A DNA stretch of 64,000 nt from Callorhinchus milii (Eukaryota). The position numbers were made by a program, and so were the translations under genes. Location of the stretch: contig NW_024704743.1 in the NCBI RefSeq assembly GCF_018977255.1, forward strand, positions 87,112,001 through 87,176,000, in the 5' to 3' direction. Below the pieces are notes generated by a model that was not told where the DNA came from, ran no database searches, and was given only the letters and a program-made list of their open reading frames with translations. Positions 13,501 through 26,033 of this stretch are shown here, in pieces (position 1 is the first letter of the stretch; every line of letters begins with the position of its first letter).

Positions 13501-14769
13501 TATAAGCTGCTGATCAGCAAAGTGACTCTTGCTTAATTGTCAAAATGCCCTGACCCTAATTTAATCAAAAACCGACTCTCTGAGACAGTCCAAAGAACAA
13601 TTGCGGTAGACCCACACAATGGGCAAATCATAAAAGAAAATAATACTCTGCATTTGATAAAGCACCAATAAATTTGAAACATTTCAAAGCAATGATAAGT
13701 GTTGCACTAATTTGTTGACAAACATTGTAGCCAATTTACACACAACAAAGTCCCACAGGCAGCCATGAAGTGACTAACCAATTTAACCTGATGGATTGCC
13801 AGTGCAAAGAGAATTTAGCAAGCATTATTTTATTTTGGACACTGAAGTGAATAAGCATTTGGGAGAGTTGTTGAGTAGCCACTGTTTACAAGTAGAATTA
13901 AACGATCTGAACATGCAGCTAGAATATTCTTTTAAAAAGCATATGCTTGGGGCTTTCAGCCAATGGACCAGAGAGTATTGGCACCGATTAGTCCAATCCT
14001 AAGTAATTCAGACCGGGTTGCAGATTCGATTCCCAATCTGTTCTATATTAGCTCAAGAACAGTTAGCGTGGTACATTTAGCTTTAGTACATCCAAGGTAA
14101 TGTAGCGAAAAAAAGCCAGGATTTTGGTTCCTAATTGCTAACCAGTGACTCCAGCTGATAAGTGCATTTGATTGGACGTCCGTTGATACTCAATATCCAG
14201 GCTCATAAAATATGAATTGGAAATTGGGTACAGTTCTGAAGAGCTTCCAGTGTACCTGGAACTGTGCCCAAGCAAAGAGTCACCACCACCTTCACAAGAG
14301 GAAGGAGGGAGAAAATTGATCCCAATAAAGCCTTTTCTCATCTCACCTTCTATCAAATTCAGGATGACCTATTTCTATGCAAGACAAACAAACATAATAC
14401 AACTGACCTACTGCAAGCTGAGTGCAACACTTCAGTCCAGCTCAAAGCTAATAGCTAGACTAGTCTAGTTTTAATTGACAGAATTATGGATATTGAATTC
14501 TAAAATGTAATCACATACAAGGCCATTCATTATGAATCAGCATAATAACCGTTCAAGCCAATTCAAGACTATTAACTGTGATGCAAAGTGTAAGTAATAG
14601 AATATGTATTTTCTGGTGTTATTAACTGATAAAGCCTAATTTTCCTAGAACTTGCTTTATCAGAGTTATTTTATTATCTCTAATTCATTTAGGTATCAGA
14701 GATATACAATCTGTTAGTCCCAGAGTACACACTCTCCCCCTGAACTTTCAATATGGAAATTTGGACAGT

Positions 14770-15083
14770 GGAGTCCTCTAGTTAGAACAGTGGTTAGAGT
14801 ACTTGCCTTGCAAGCGAGACATCTGGATTCAATTCCAGGCAGGGAAAAACCTTGGGCAAGTTTCCTTACTCCACACTCCTCTAATAATAATCCCTCCAAA
14901 ACAAAAATAGGTGATTTTCAATCCACAACTGTTTGTGGGACACTGCTGTGCGCAATTGGCTGCCGCGTTTCGCCACAAATATACTGTCAATTCACTTTAC
15001 AGTCTATTCTGTGAAGCGCTTTGAGATGTCGAGAAGACGTGAAAAGCGCAATATCAAATGCAAGGATTATTATTTATTATTAT
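14770..15083 (+). mobile_element. SINE family A, short form
   Basis: head, body and (TTA)n tail. Confidence 0.92.
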
Positions 15084-17530
15084 AATTCTACAGTTTCACA
15101 AACAGTATCATTCCATTCTAGTCTCCCAGGCAGTTGCACCCAATGTTACTCCTTCTCCAAGACAGCATCAACCCATCCTAAAATCTCCTTGCTGATTTGC
15201 ACCTCTGGTCTAATTCACAAACTCTGCTTACATCTGCATTTTCAAGTCCATTGTCCCAACTGTCACTGTCAAAATTCTCACATGAATACCACCATATCAA
15301 ATGCATGTATTAGTCTGATGCTAGTTATTATTTTATTCAATTATTTATACAAGCTTGGAATATTTTTTTTTGGACTAATGTCAAATACCCTAGAATTTCA
15401 ACCTAGAATTTATTTAGCATTGTGGCTAACAGTTTCACATTAAATTGAAATTTTGAATGAATGCCATAGAGCAGGTCATGAATTGATGCAGATAGTAGCT
15501 GGCAGTAGGTTACATACACAGCCTTTCTGGAGGAAAAAAACGGCATTTTTCCCTTTCTATCTGGCAGCTGACAAAAAAATTAGAGCTTTTGTGTTTCAAT
15601 GAGTCATGGAATTAAATATCCACATTAGCCCCGATTCACTCATGGGTGAAAGAAGCTGGACTGGGTACTGAGGCTGTCCCCATCAATTTAATCTGTTCCC
15701 ATAAGTAACAGATCTAAAAAGAACAGGCAGACAGGGCCCAGTTTAACATCTCATCTAAAGCATATCTGACAATGTACTGCAATCCCAGTACTGCACTGGG
15801 GGGAGCAATCCTTGACTATGAGCACAAGTCACAATGTGGGGGTTAAACTCATAACCTTTTGACCCTTACACATAAGAAATATTAAATGAGTCAGGCTAAC
15901 CCGCATTAAGATTGTGGAGATGACTGTTAAGCCCTTTTAATAATCCTTGATTATGATATGGCGCCTTTCATGGCAGGAGGATGTCTCAAAGTGCTTCACA
16001 GGATTCATTGTAAAGTCTTGTGTAAAGTACAGTGTGTAAACTATTTGTGTAAAATCTTATTATATGTTACCCAATCAATAAAAACAAACTTGGAACGCAC
16101 AACTTAACAGCCTGAATTTCAGCACAGATTTATTTAATGAATAGTGTTTTTTCTTTGGTCAGACAGTTTGACGCATGCAGAATTGCATCACCATACTTCA
16201 GAGTACACAAACTAGACAGAATTCCATATGTGTATGCCATATACACATGGAAATTCCTCTGTGTCTGGAATGGAATGCACACTCTCGTCCTAGAGGAACA
16301 CAACTGGTTTACCTAATTCAAGAGAGTATTAGGTGCATTCAGAATATTGAATATTTTAAGCACCATTACAGGCAGTGTTCACAGGAGTCTACGCTACATG
16401 CTGACTTTCTTTTCCAACATCAATATTGATTTTTTTTTAAATGCTGCACATCTTCTGCATGTTATTTAAATATAGCAAACAAGATTAGACGGGAGTGTTT
16501 CCACACTGGGGAGATGCTTTTTTTAAAAAATTATGCTTTTTGAATCTTTAACTTCAACACATTTTTTAGGATTTGCTTAGATTGGAAATATTTTCTATGT
16601 GTGACACAATTCCCCAGATCAAAAAAATGAGTTTGTGGATCATTGCTGTACACAAATTGGGTGCCATGGTCACCTACAAATACAGTCACTGCACTTCACA
16701 TAAAATCTCTGTGAAGTGCTTTGAGATGTTTCAATGTGAAAAGGTGCTGCGTCAAATGCGAGGATTTTTATTATTATTACTATTATTATAACCCATTAGA
16801 CCTCAGTGTGAATCCAAGATAAAGCTACGAGCAATTACAATTGGCTAGAATTGAATTATTTCAAAGTCAGGGTAAGGAGCATTTCAAAAGTACACCTAAA
16901 CAATGTTTAAACAAGGAATGTATTTAGGAATAGCACAATTTTAACCTCAAAGGTTTTGAGTGGATAGACAGTGAAAGATTATTTCTGCCACTTGGTAAAG
17001 CAGCGACTAGGGGTATTAAACTCAGGGTATTGATTGGAAGAGTTAATGGATTAGAAGAAACTTTTCGTTATTGGAATATGGAATGATGAACAAAAAGTAG
17101 CTATCGAGGCTGAGGCTACATCAAATTTAAGCAGAAGATGAATATAAAAAAAGTGCAGAGGCTAAGCAATGAAAAAGTTAGCTTCAGTGATTGAGCCAGC
17201 ACCAGCGAGATGCGTCAAACTACTTCCACTTCTACTTTCGTTACAAGGATTAAGATTTAACCATTTGAATATGGCTGGTGGCTTATGTTTTATAAAATAT
17301 CAGGATTTAAATTGAATTTATATGAGTAGTATTACTATGAAGCATCACAAAAAACGAATTAATGGAGCTCCTCGATCACCAGTGGATGAATAAATAATAA
17401 TCCTTGCATTTGATATAGCGCTTTTCACATCTTCTAGACGTCTCAAAGCGCCTCACAGAATAGACTGTAAAGTGAATTGACCGTATATTGTCTCTTGGAC
17501 TACCTCGTCTGCTGCAAACAAATAACTTAC

Positions 17531-17669
17531 CTGTCGTTGGGCCAGCTCCACAGAAATATTCTCTCCTGTGACTGGTTGCTGCATCATTCCCGTGATTAAA
17601 AACATTCTATTTAAACCAGCAGCAGCAGAGAACTGCAGTGTCTGAAGGTAGGAGACCAGATCTTTGTAC
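17531..17669 (-). CDS. exon 8 (YKDLVSYLQTLQFSAAAGLNRMFLITGMMQQPVTGENISVELAQRQ), probable cap region
   Basis: ctcttttctttcag| acceptor, CAG|gtaagt donor; 139 nt, phase 2 to 0. Confidence 0.95.
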
Positions 17670-18899
17670 CTGAAAGAAAAGAGGAAGTAGAAATGTAGAA
17701 AGAGAATAAATAGGCGTCACCAAAGTGAAGGTGGCGAGTCAAGAAATTGTAATTCCACCTTTGACACTCTTGCTCAGTTATGGATGTATTTAATTTGAAG
17801 CAATGTTTCCTCCACTGTGTCTGACACAATATATGTATTAGTTTTCTCTCATTAGTTTCTCCCTTTTTCTGAAACTGATGACTCACACTCAGGTACTCTT
17901 CCCTTCTAGTTCCTCACTCATCCAATCATTCTTAATGTGTCCCTGAATAATGAGCAATCCCAGGCTCTTCAGGCAAGGAATCGCCACAATGTCATTCCAT
18001 CAACAATCAGGAGCAGCAATCCTGGCTATTCTTTCGTCCTATATCCCTGGTAAGCTGAGGCCAGCAGTCACAACTCCATTTCCTCCCAGCTGAGATTACC
18101 AAGTTCAACAAGTCCAAGGAAACAACTTCTAATCCTTTTGGTCAGTTTGGTTCAGTGCCACAAACCACAGTATTCAGCCCCTGGGGTTATCCTCAATGTC
18201 CTTAAACCAACATGAAGGAACCATTTTCCATATCAGCTATGCACGAGTCAGTACCAATTCACTAGTAACATAAGTGTGGCTATGCACCTAGTAGGAACCA
18301 GGTTCGGACTACACATTTCACATTTGCCAGCAAAGAAAAGCTTTTATCCCATCCGTCCAGGTTAGATTCATACTCAAATCATATAGGGGAAGAGTGCACT
18401 AATCCTTCAGCCAATCAAGTCACTCGTAAAGTCTCTTTAGCAATAAACTTATTTAGCCCAGAGGAAAATTATGCAATCTGAAAAATCTGTCTGCTTACTT
18501 GAAAGATATAATTCTTATGTCAAACCAATTGATTATCCTTTTAATTTTTCAGTGTTGTGATTTGCTTAACCAGTTAACAATGTCAAAGTGTTGTTCTTCA
18601 TTGACTTACATAAAGGTTATCATGGCACCACCTTATAATTACCCATAGCTTATCTGTATCAAATAGAATAAATCAATTTTAAATTGTAACTAAATACAGA
18701 AATCCAACTACAAACTAAATGCTTCCCTTTAAGCCGTGACTCAAGCACTTTAAGTCATAAATTATGTTGTATAACCAGTCAATTTCAACACACCATTTAA
18801 TTTTCAACAAATGAAAAATAGACTAGAGCTCAAAGGAAAACTGGACTATTCTCAGTTCTCTCCTTTTCTTGACCTACCTCCTCACCCCCACCTTTGGTC

Positions 18900-19790
18900 A
18901 CCTCCCCTTTTTCCCTTTCTCAATGTCTAAGCCCTGCCACTATACGGTGCTTTGAGACTATCCTGTCATTGTTGATCTTCGTCTATATCTTCCCTTTACC
19001 AACATCGTCTACAGACATGGTGTCTACTTTCATATGTATGCTTATTACTTCCAACTCTACTTCTCTGCTTCCACCATTCACTCTGGGACAACTAGTGTGC
19101 TGATTGATGCCAAATCAGACATCAAATGTTGGATGAACCTTCAACTTCCTTCATCTGAACATCAACAAAACCAAAGCCATCATGCCTGGCTCCAGTCAGC
19201 GCATCTTATCCGCTGGCACCAACATAATCAACCTTTATGATAGCCCACATTGCACAATCTTGGCGTTTTGACCCTCAGCTCTCTTTCAAATCCTTTTTGA
19301 AATCTCTGACCATGACTGGTTTTCTCCACCTTTGAATATCGCCTGTCTCAGTTTCTTCACCCACTCCACTGCTGATATTTTCATTCTGGGTGTGACAGTT
19401 CAGTGTTGATCGGTTGTTGTGAAGGTCGGGACGACCCAACACCAGTCACATTCAGTGGTAGTAATCTTATCAATATCCTCATTTAAGTCTTTGAAACCTC
19501 TAGATTTGATTTCTCTGACACTCTCCTTTCCCGGCCTCCCAAACTCCAGTTTGACAAGAAGCCACAAATCACCTTCTCTCCTGCAGTACCGTCTGCAAAG
19601 TCCAATGGCTCCTTCTCCTGAGCAATCAACTTCAAGCACTCTAACCTTCAAAACTATCCACTCTCCTGTCCTTCCCTATTTCCGCAATCTCCTCCATCAC
19701 CACTCTCCTGCCCACTCCCTCAGCTCTGTAAGCTCAGGCTGCTGCATGACCCCTGCCTCTCCATTCCACTAATGGCAGATACATTTTAAG
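18900..19790 (+). mobile_element. old degenerate L2 RT fragment
   Basis: remnants of HGV.FHMYA..QLY, SDIK.W, RFD..LL.GLP, LTFKTIH. Confidence 0.7.
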
Positions 19791-21703
19791 CCACTAAAAA
19801 CTTTCAGCTTTGCTCACTGTGTCAGTGGGATATTAAATTCCCTATATTGATTATTAGATTATATATTCCTACAACCTCATTTACTTTTCCAAGCAGAATT
19901 GGTCATTCATTTCATGGCAGAATTGGCCATTCATTTCATTGCAGTGTGCAAACTGTCTCCCATGTTCACCTGCAAAATGCACAGTTACAACCGTTTCCAG
20001 TAAATCCTGTAAAGCGTTTTAAGATGCCTTTTCAACATGAAAAGTCCTATATTAAATCCAAAGATTATTAGTATTCTAAGGCCCTAAGAAAAAAATTCAA
20101 TCTTGCTTTTCTCTGCAGCCTCCAATGCTATAAAATTGTATAATATTTAATCACTGGTCAATACAGACCTTGTAGAACAGTATGCTGTGGATGGCAACTG
20201 ACAGAAATGATCTTCCAGAAATGATTTGTGGGCGTTTCACCCACAAATGTTCAGCCAATTCACTTTACAGTATATTCTGTGAAGCACTGTGAGACGTCTA
20301 GAAGACGTAAAAAGCGCTATATCAAATGCAAGGATTATTATTATTATTATTCCTCGATCTATAATGACTCTCTCTCCAAACGTTTTCTACAACTTCCTTA
20401 TCCTAGTTTAACTAAAGTGTGATTAACAAGTCATCAAGTTCAATGCTTGTAACTGGAGAGAGATTAATAGTTGTTGACTTGATCCTGTCTGCATTCAGCA
20501 CAGCTTATTTGTTTGCCCACTGTAATCAGCAGTGTGAGGGTTAACGTGAGGCAATGGTTGAGCCAGTTAAAGCCACCAGATAGAACTGCAGTTAAGCTTT
20601 GATTCCAAAAGCATTAGTTGACTGGAGTTACATTAAAAAAAACAGAATGAAAGTGACCTTTCAGCCCACATGCAACTATAATTTGAGTTCAATTATCTAG
20701 CAAGCTCTGTAAACCATTGCAATTATGTTTTCTCCTGGAGCTTGACTTTACCATGCTTAACCATATTTGCTTGCCTGGATTACACATGCTAAAATGTTAC
20801 AAAGGGTATATTTCAGAACACCAGTTACTGATAATATGAGCGACAGAGGGGGCAACCCCATACAACATCAAATACAGTCAGCAGTTTCTCTGAAGAAACA
20901 CCACTAACAAGATTTCAAGCAATGCATTAAGTGGAATAGGTCTGCCGGGGTCAGCAATCCAGCACTTACATAGATGATGGATCAGAGATGTGGTTTGCTG
21001 AACTAGAAAGTCTTAACATGACTGTAGTAAAACAATTTTTAAAATCCCGAGATTGATCACAGTAAGAGTGGGCTGCTACTGGCTGCAAATAATGGAGTTC
21101 CAGCAACTACCGAGCCGTGATACCCATGAACGAGGAAAAATGTAATAAAGAAAAATGTATTTGGTTGACCAATCACTGCTTCAGTTGGTGCACGAGCTTC
21201 AGAAAGTTCCAACCATTTAAGACAATATGTAACACAATTAAATCAATGCTTAATTAGCTCATAGTTTAGGCTGACACTCCAACTTGTTTGTGAGGCTGCA
21301 AGATGTTAAATTGGGGTCCCATCTACCTGCTCAGGTGGACAATAAAAGATCCCATGGTACCATTGAAAAGAGAAGGGGATTTATCCAGGTGTCCTGTCCA
21401 ACAATCCCCCAGACTAGTCATTCACTTCATGGTTGTTTGTGGGACACTACTGTGCACAAATTAGCTGTGTACGTGCTGCACTCGTAAGTTACCTCAGAGA
21501 CTTTGAACGCCCATTGATTCTGTATCCAATCATTCACTTCTGGAGTCATTATCAATTGTAACAAGATAACCAAACTACCAATCAGACTTACAAAATGTTT
21601 TGTATTTCAGCACGAAAAAAGCCTTGGCCAAAATAAACATTGCCTTTGCTCGTGTTTAATTTCAGGCACTCGGACTAATTGAGATTCTTCTTGTATTACT
21701 TAC

Positions 21704-21778
21704 CAGTAGTCCAGCCAGACGTTTTCCACAAAAAGATCTTCTGGGAACGGATCGATAAGGACAAGCTCAGAAATCTCC
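21704..21778 (-). CDS. exon 7 (EISELVLIDPFPEDLFVENVWLDYW)
   Basis: taacccacag| acceptor, CTG|gtaagt donor; 75 nt, phase 2 to 2; LVLIDP strand motif. Confidence 0.96.
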
Positions 21779-22489
21779 CTGTGGGTTACAGACAGGCTGT
21801 GATCAACTAAATATTCTTCTATTCAGGATGCATTTCAGTAATGAGAGCACAAAGTTCAGCCTGACCTCAATGACCTCTCCGCTGAAGCTAAAAGGCACAG
21901 TTAAACAGGAGTTTAAATGAATTCTGTCTCAGATGCAATTGTCTCAGATATTCACAACTTCCTCACGTCAGATCCCACCGTAAGGGCAGGATGTTACAAT
22001 TCAAATTAATCTGGGCAAGATATTAATCGAAGAACAGAAAGCAAACCTGCATTTCAAGTTTCTCATTTCACTGATTACAAATCACAAGCATACAGATGTG
22101 ACACTTCACTCAGTTTCTCTGGTATAATAATAGTAGTAGCAAGTGTTTGGAAAACAGTGCTTGCAAGCATTAATTTCTTCAACAACTTAAAACATGCAGA
22201 AAAGCTCTCCAGTTATTTCAACTGATAAAATCATAGTGTAACAGCACAGAAACATCCATTCAGCTCATCAAGTCTATGCTGGTATTCATCTCCACCTGAG
22301 CCTTCTAATTCAATCCTCATCTCCTATTCCCTCCCCATAATATGTAACATCCCTAATTTTCAAGCATCTATCAAATTTCCTTTTAATATTTGGGGTCAAA
22401 ACGCATCACCATGTTTAAGAGAATCCAAACCAGAGATTTCCATATATGTAAGCCACCTACACATTAAATACATTAAATTATTACACATT

Positions 22490-22875
22490 AACAAACTGGG
22501 CATGTTCACGCTGGAAAACAGAAGTTTAAGAGGCGATGTGATTGTGTTTTTTAGATTGTAAAGGGACTGGATAAGCTTTTATCTCGTCCAGTAGAACCAC
22601 AAGACGGTGGCCTGCAATTGAAGCGGGAGAAAATTCGAAACAAATCTGCGGAAACACTATCTCAGTGAGATATGGAACAGGCTCCCTAGGGAGCCAGTGG
22701 AAGCAAAAAGTGTTGATTCTTTCAAAAGCAAATTAGATAAGATTTATTTTAGGAAATAATATCTTGGGATACAGTGTATGGTTTCGGACATGACACGTGC
22801 ATGTGACTGCCAGCGTAATGGAAGGGGAAATAGATGGACCTTGGTCATCTTTCCTCTAGCAATTCTTATGTTCTG
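22490..22875 (+). mobile_element. CR1 LINE 3' fragment
   Basis: LGMFTLENRSLRGDVI remnant; ttcttatgttct tail. Confidence 0.75.
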
Positions 22876-23981
22876 ACACATGGAAATTTCGCTGTGTCTG
22901 GAATGGAATGTACACTCTCATTCTTGACGGATGCATCCTGCTTACCATTTTGAAAGTCAGTTACAACGAGACCTCGCTTCTCCCTCTTCACATGAAGATA
23001 GTAAAGAAAGAGAGACAATACCACTAAAACCAGTTATATCTCTATAACATGGTTTGGGTTGCTTGTGGTAGAGTACCGGGTGATACTCATGAGAAACATT
23101 TAAAATGGCATAAAAAATGTGAGTGTCTAATATTGGCCACATATGTTTGATCTCGTTTGTCTAGTAGCCATGTAGCTCATATCACCTCAGGATATCACAT
23201 TGCTCATATCAGGTCACTGAAGAGAGATGCTGCACCAACATATAGTAACCTTATAGTTTCCAAATTGAATTAGAAAACTTAGCAACAAACACTGACTGAG
23301 AAGCTTTGGAAAGTTCACTTTTACTGCAATTTAATGGCAGCTTTCAGAGGATGATCATGAATTCGGAAGCTGTTTCTGCATTGTTAAAACCAGCATCTTC
23401 TGGCTGCTGGAACACCTTTCTCCATTAAATATTGAATCAATAACATGACAAATTTCAAATGACAAATGTAGAATTCTGCAATTCCAAGGCAATACCAATT
23501 TTACATTTGTTCAACACTTTTCACATCAGGAGGAAGTCCCACAGAGACGGAGCGGAGCTGATAAGGAGGGGAGAAGGGTGACCAAAAGTGGGGTTGAAAT
23601 ATATCTTATACAGGCTTTAAAGGGGGGAATGGAGGGAGAGAGGTGGAGGGTCTCCAGGAAGGAGGTCCAGAATGGCAGAAAGCTTGCCCAGAAATGATGA
23701 GGTGGGTCAAGCAAGAGACGGGAAGCAGACAGAGATAGGACAGTATGGGAACGGGTCACAGAGATAGTGTGGGGTACAGCCATGGAGCGATTTAAGTATA
23801 ACTAGGATGGTAAAAACATTAATAAGTGATCAGAAAGGCCCAAATTATTTGTCAACCTGGCTCAATGATGGGTTAAATTGGTTCAGTTGGGAGCTCATGG
23901 AGTCAGAAAATAGGGATCAAGCGCTACATCAGGACCTTGACCTCACATAGCCTAAGGTGACTAGTCCAGTACTGTGAGTGT

Positions 23982-24066
23982 GTTGTGGGGTGGGGGTGTT
24001 GTGGGGTGGGGGTGTTGTGGAGTGGGGGTGCTGTGAGGTGGGGGTGCTGTGTGGTGTGGGTGCTGC
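23982..24066. repeat. short (GTGGGGTGGGGGTGTT)n-type tandem repeat inside a family B SINE
   Basis: about 5 imperfect 16-nt units. Confidence 0.8.
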
Positions 24067-24410
24067 ACTGTTGGAAGTTTAATATCTTATTCTTCAGATA
24101 AGATGTTAAACCGAGTTCTCATCTGCCTGATTGAGTGGACTTCAAAGATCCCATAGCACTATTCAAAAAGAAAAGGGACTTTCTCCTTGTGTCCTGGTCA
24201 ACGACATTCAGGATAAAATTGATCATTCACTTCAAAGCTATTTGCTCACATATTACACAGTCATTACATTGTCCAGTAAAATCCTGTGAAGTGACTTTGA
24301 GTTGTTCTCCCGACATGCAATACAATACCAAATGCAAGGATATCTATTTAGACGTGAATACCAAATGCAAAGATTACCATTTAGGATTATTAAGTGCGAT
24401 GTCATCTTAC

Positions 24411-24527
24411 CAGTCATGAATATGGGCATAGAATCTTGCGTTGAGTGCCCCGAGCTCTGAGCCCACAAAAATAAAAGGGCTCTCAATCTTAGCCTCTTTG
24501 ACAAGCCTGTGCAGGTCATCCACCATT
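24411..24527 (-). CDS. exon 6 (MVDDLHRLVKEAKIESPFIFVGSELGALNARFYAHIHDW), nucleophile-elbow region
   Basis: ttcttttacag| acceptor, CTG|gtaaga donor; 117 nt, phase 2 to 2; DL..L....PFIFVG-S-E-L-G matches the helix-strand-elbow pattern. Confidence 0.97.
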
Positions 24528-24577
24528 CTGTAAAAGAATGAAAGTCTTTTTTAAAGTCTGCCGATGAGCCAGAGCCA

Positions 24578-24960
24578 CAGAAGTCAGATCACATTCAGAT
24601 GGCTTGCTGAGTTTATTGAGTGAGTGAGTTTATTTTCCAGGAGTGGGTGGGGGGGGGGGGGGGTTGTAAGCTTGTGATCGAGGTCTTCTTGGAGGTGAAC
24701 TGGCTTCAAAATGTGATGCTGTGCTGCCATCAGCAGTGCCCTGTGGACCCACCCAGCTCAGGATCTGGACTCCCGAGACCGCCACAGAGGACCGGCTCGA
24801 TTCCAACATTCCGATGCCAAGCATCTCATGTTGAAGTCAGTTCAGCTCCAAGGAGACCCCACTTACTTCAGTGCAACACACCCCCACCCCCTCCCCCAGG
24901 AGGTTAAACTCACTCACTCGATGAATTCAGCAAGCCACCTGGGGCAATCTGACTTCTCTG
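24578..24960. mobile_element. MITE-like element with ~80-90 bp imperfect terminal inverted repeats
   Basis: gaagtcagat..atggcttgctgagtttattgagtgagtgagttta at left mirrors taaactcactcactcgatgaattcagcaagccacc..atctgacttc at right. Confidence 0.8.
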
Positions 24961-25932
24961 TCTTTTTAAAGATATATTAACAACCACAGCTGCATTTCTC
25001 AAAATAAATCAAGAGGTTTCACTGGTGGAGTAAGACATCTAATCAAAGTGCGGCACAGCCATGAATTCAATTTCAAACTGATTATTCTATCAAGCAGGTA
25101 CTGGCTGCCTCAGCATAATGTCAACTGCTGCCAAATATATCATCTTATAGATTTCTTCATTGCGAGACAGATTACGAATGCTCTGCACCACATTACTGTG
25201 CTACAAGCACAGTATTATGACTGAACTGTTTGTGTAAGAAGTGAAGGAAATGAGACCAAGGAATAAATAACAATAGCATCCGGCCTGCAGAGAATGAGAG
25301 AATGTTCTCATTGTGGCCCATCGCCTGGCATTGTTCCTTTCTCCGTCAGAAAATTTTCCATTTCAAAATTATTCCAGCTCTGGTTTATCAACACAAAGGA
25401 GAATGTTTGTTAGCAGTCAAATTTAGGCACAAAAATATACAGTCACTTTGCCATATATTCTGTGAAGTGCTTTGAGAGGTCTGGAAGATGTGATAAGGTG
25501 CTCCATCAAATGCAAATTCAAGGATTATTAATTACGCTAAACAAAAGGCAAAATACTGCAGATGCTAGAAATCTGAAATAAAAACAGAAGTCGCTGGGAA
25601 CATTCAGCAGGTCAGGCAGCATCCATGGAGAGAGAAAAGTGAGTTAACGTTTCAGATTGGCTGTACACAATCTACTTTTCTATTATACCTCTTACTTTAC
25701 TGATTGTTGTCATATTTATCAGTTTAGCAACAAGGCTCAAAGGCCACACTGTGACTGTGTAGAAAGGTACAGAGGTCATCGCAGACCACACTCTGTATCT
25801 GAATACTAAAATTCTATATTCAGCAAGTACAGAATTTCACCCAAAATTTGTAAGAAAAAAAAGCACCAAATAATCCATCACACACTTTTACAGATCAGAG
25901 CATATCAACTAATCCACGTGATTCAAGCTTAC

Positions 25933-26033
25933 CTTCCAGTCGTTGACTCTCTCCACATCTTTTCCAGGCCTGTTGTTTCGTTTTGAAACATTTTCTTACT
26001 AAATCCAAGTCCAGCTCTGTCATATATACATAC
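25933..26033 (-). CDS. exon 5 (VCIYDRAGLGFSKKMFQNETTGLEKMWRESTTGR)
   Basis: tttggcag| acceptor, AAG|gtaagc donor; 101 nt, phase 0 to 2; YDRAGxGxS alpha/beta-hydrolase motif. Confidence 0.97.

Noticed and set aside
19892..19943. 24-bp tandem duplication (also a ~21-bp x3 repeat at 53545-53603)
   Set aside because: Ordinary slippage duplications with no further structure
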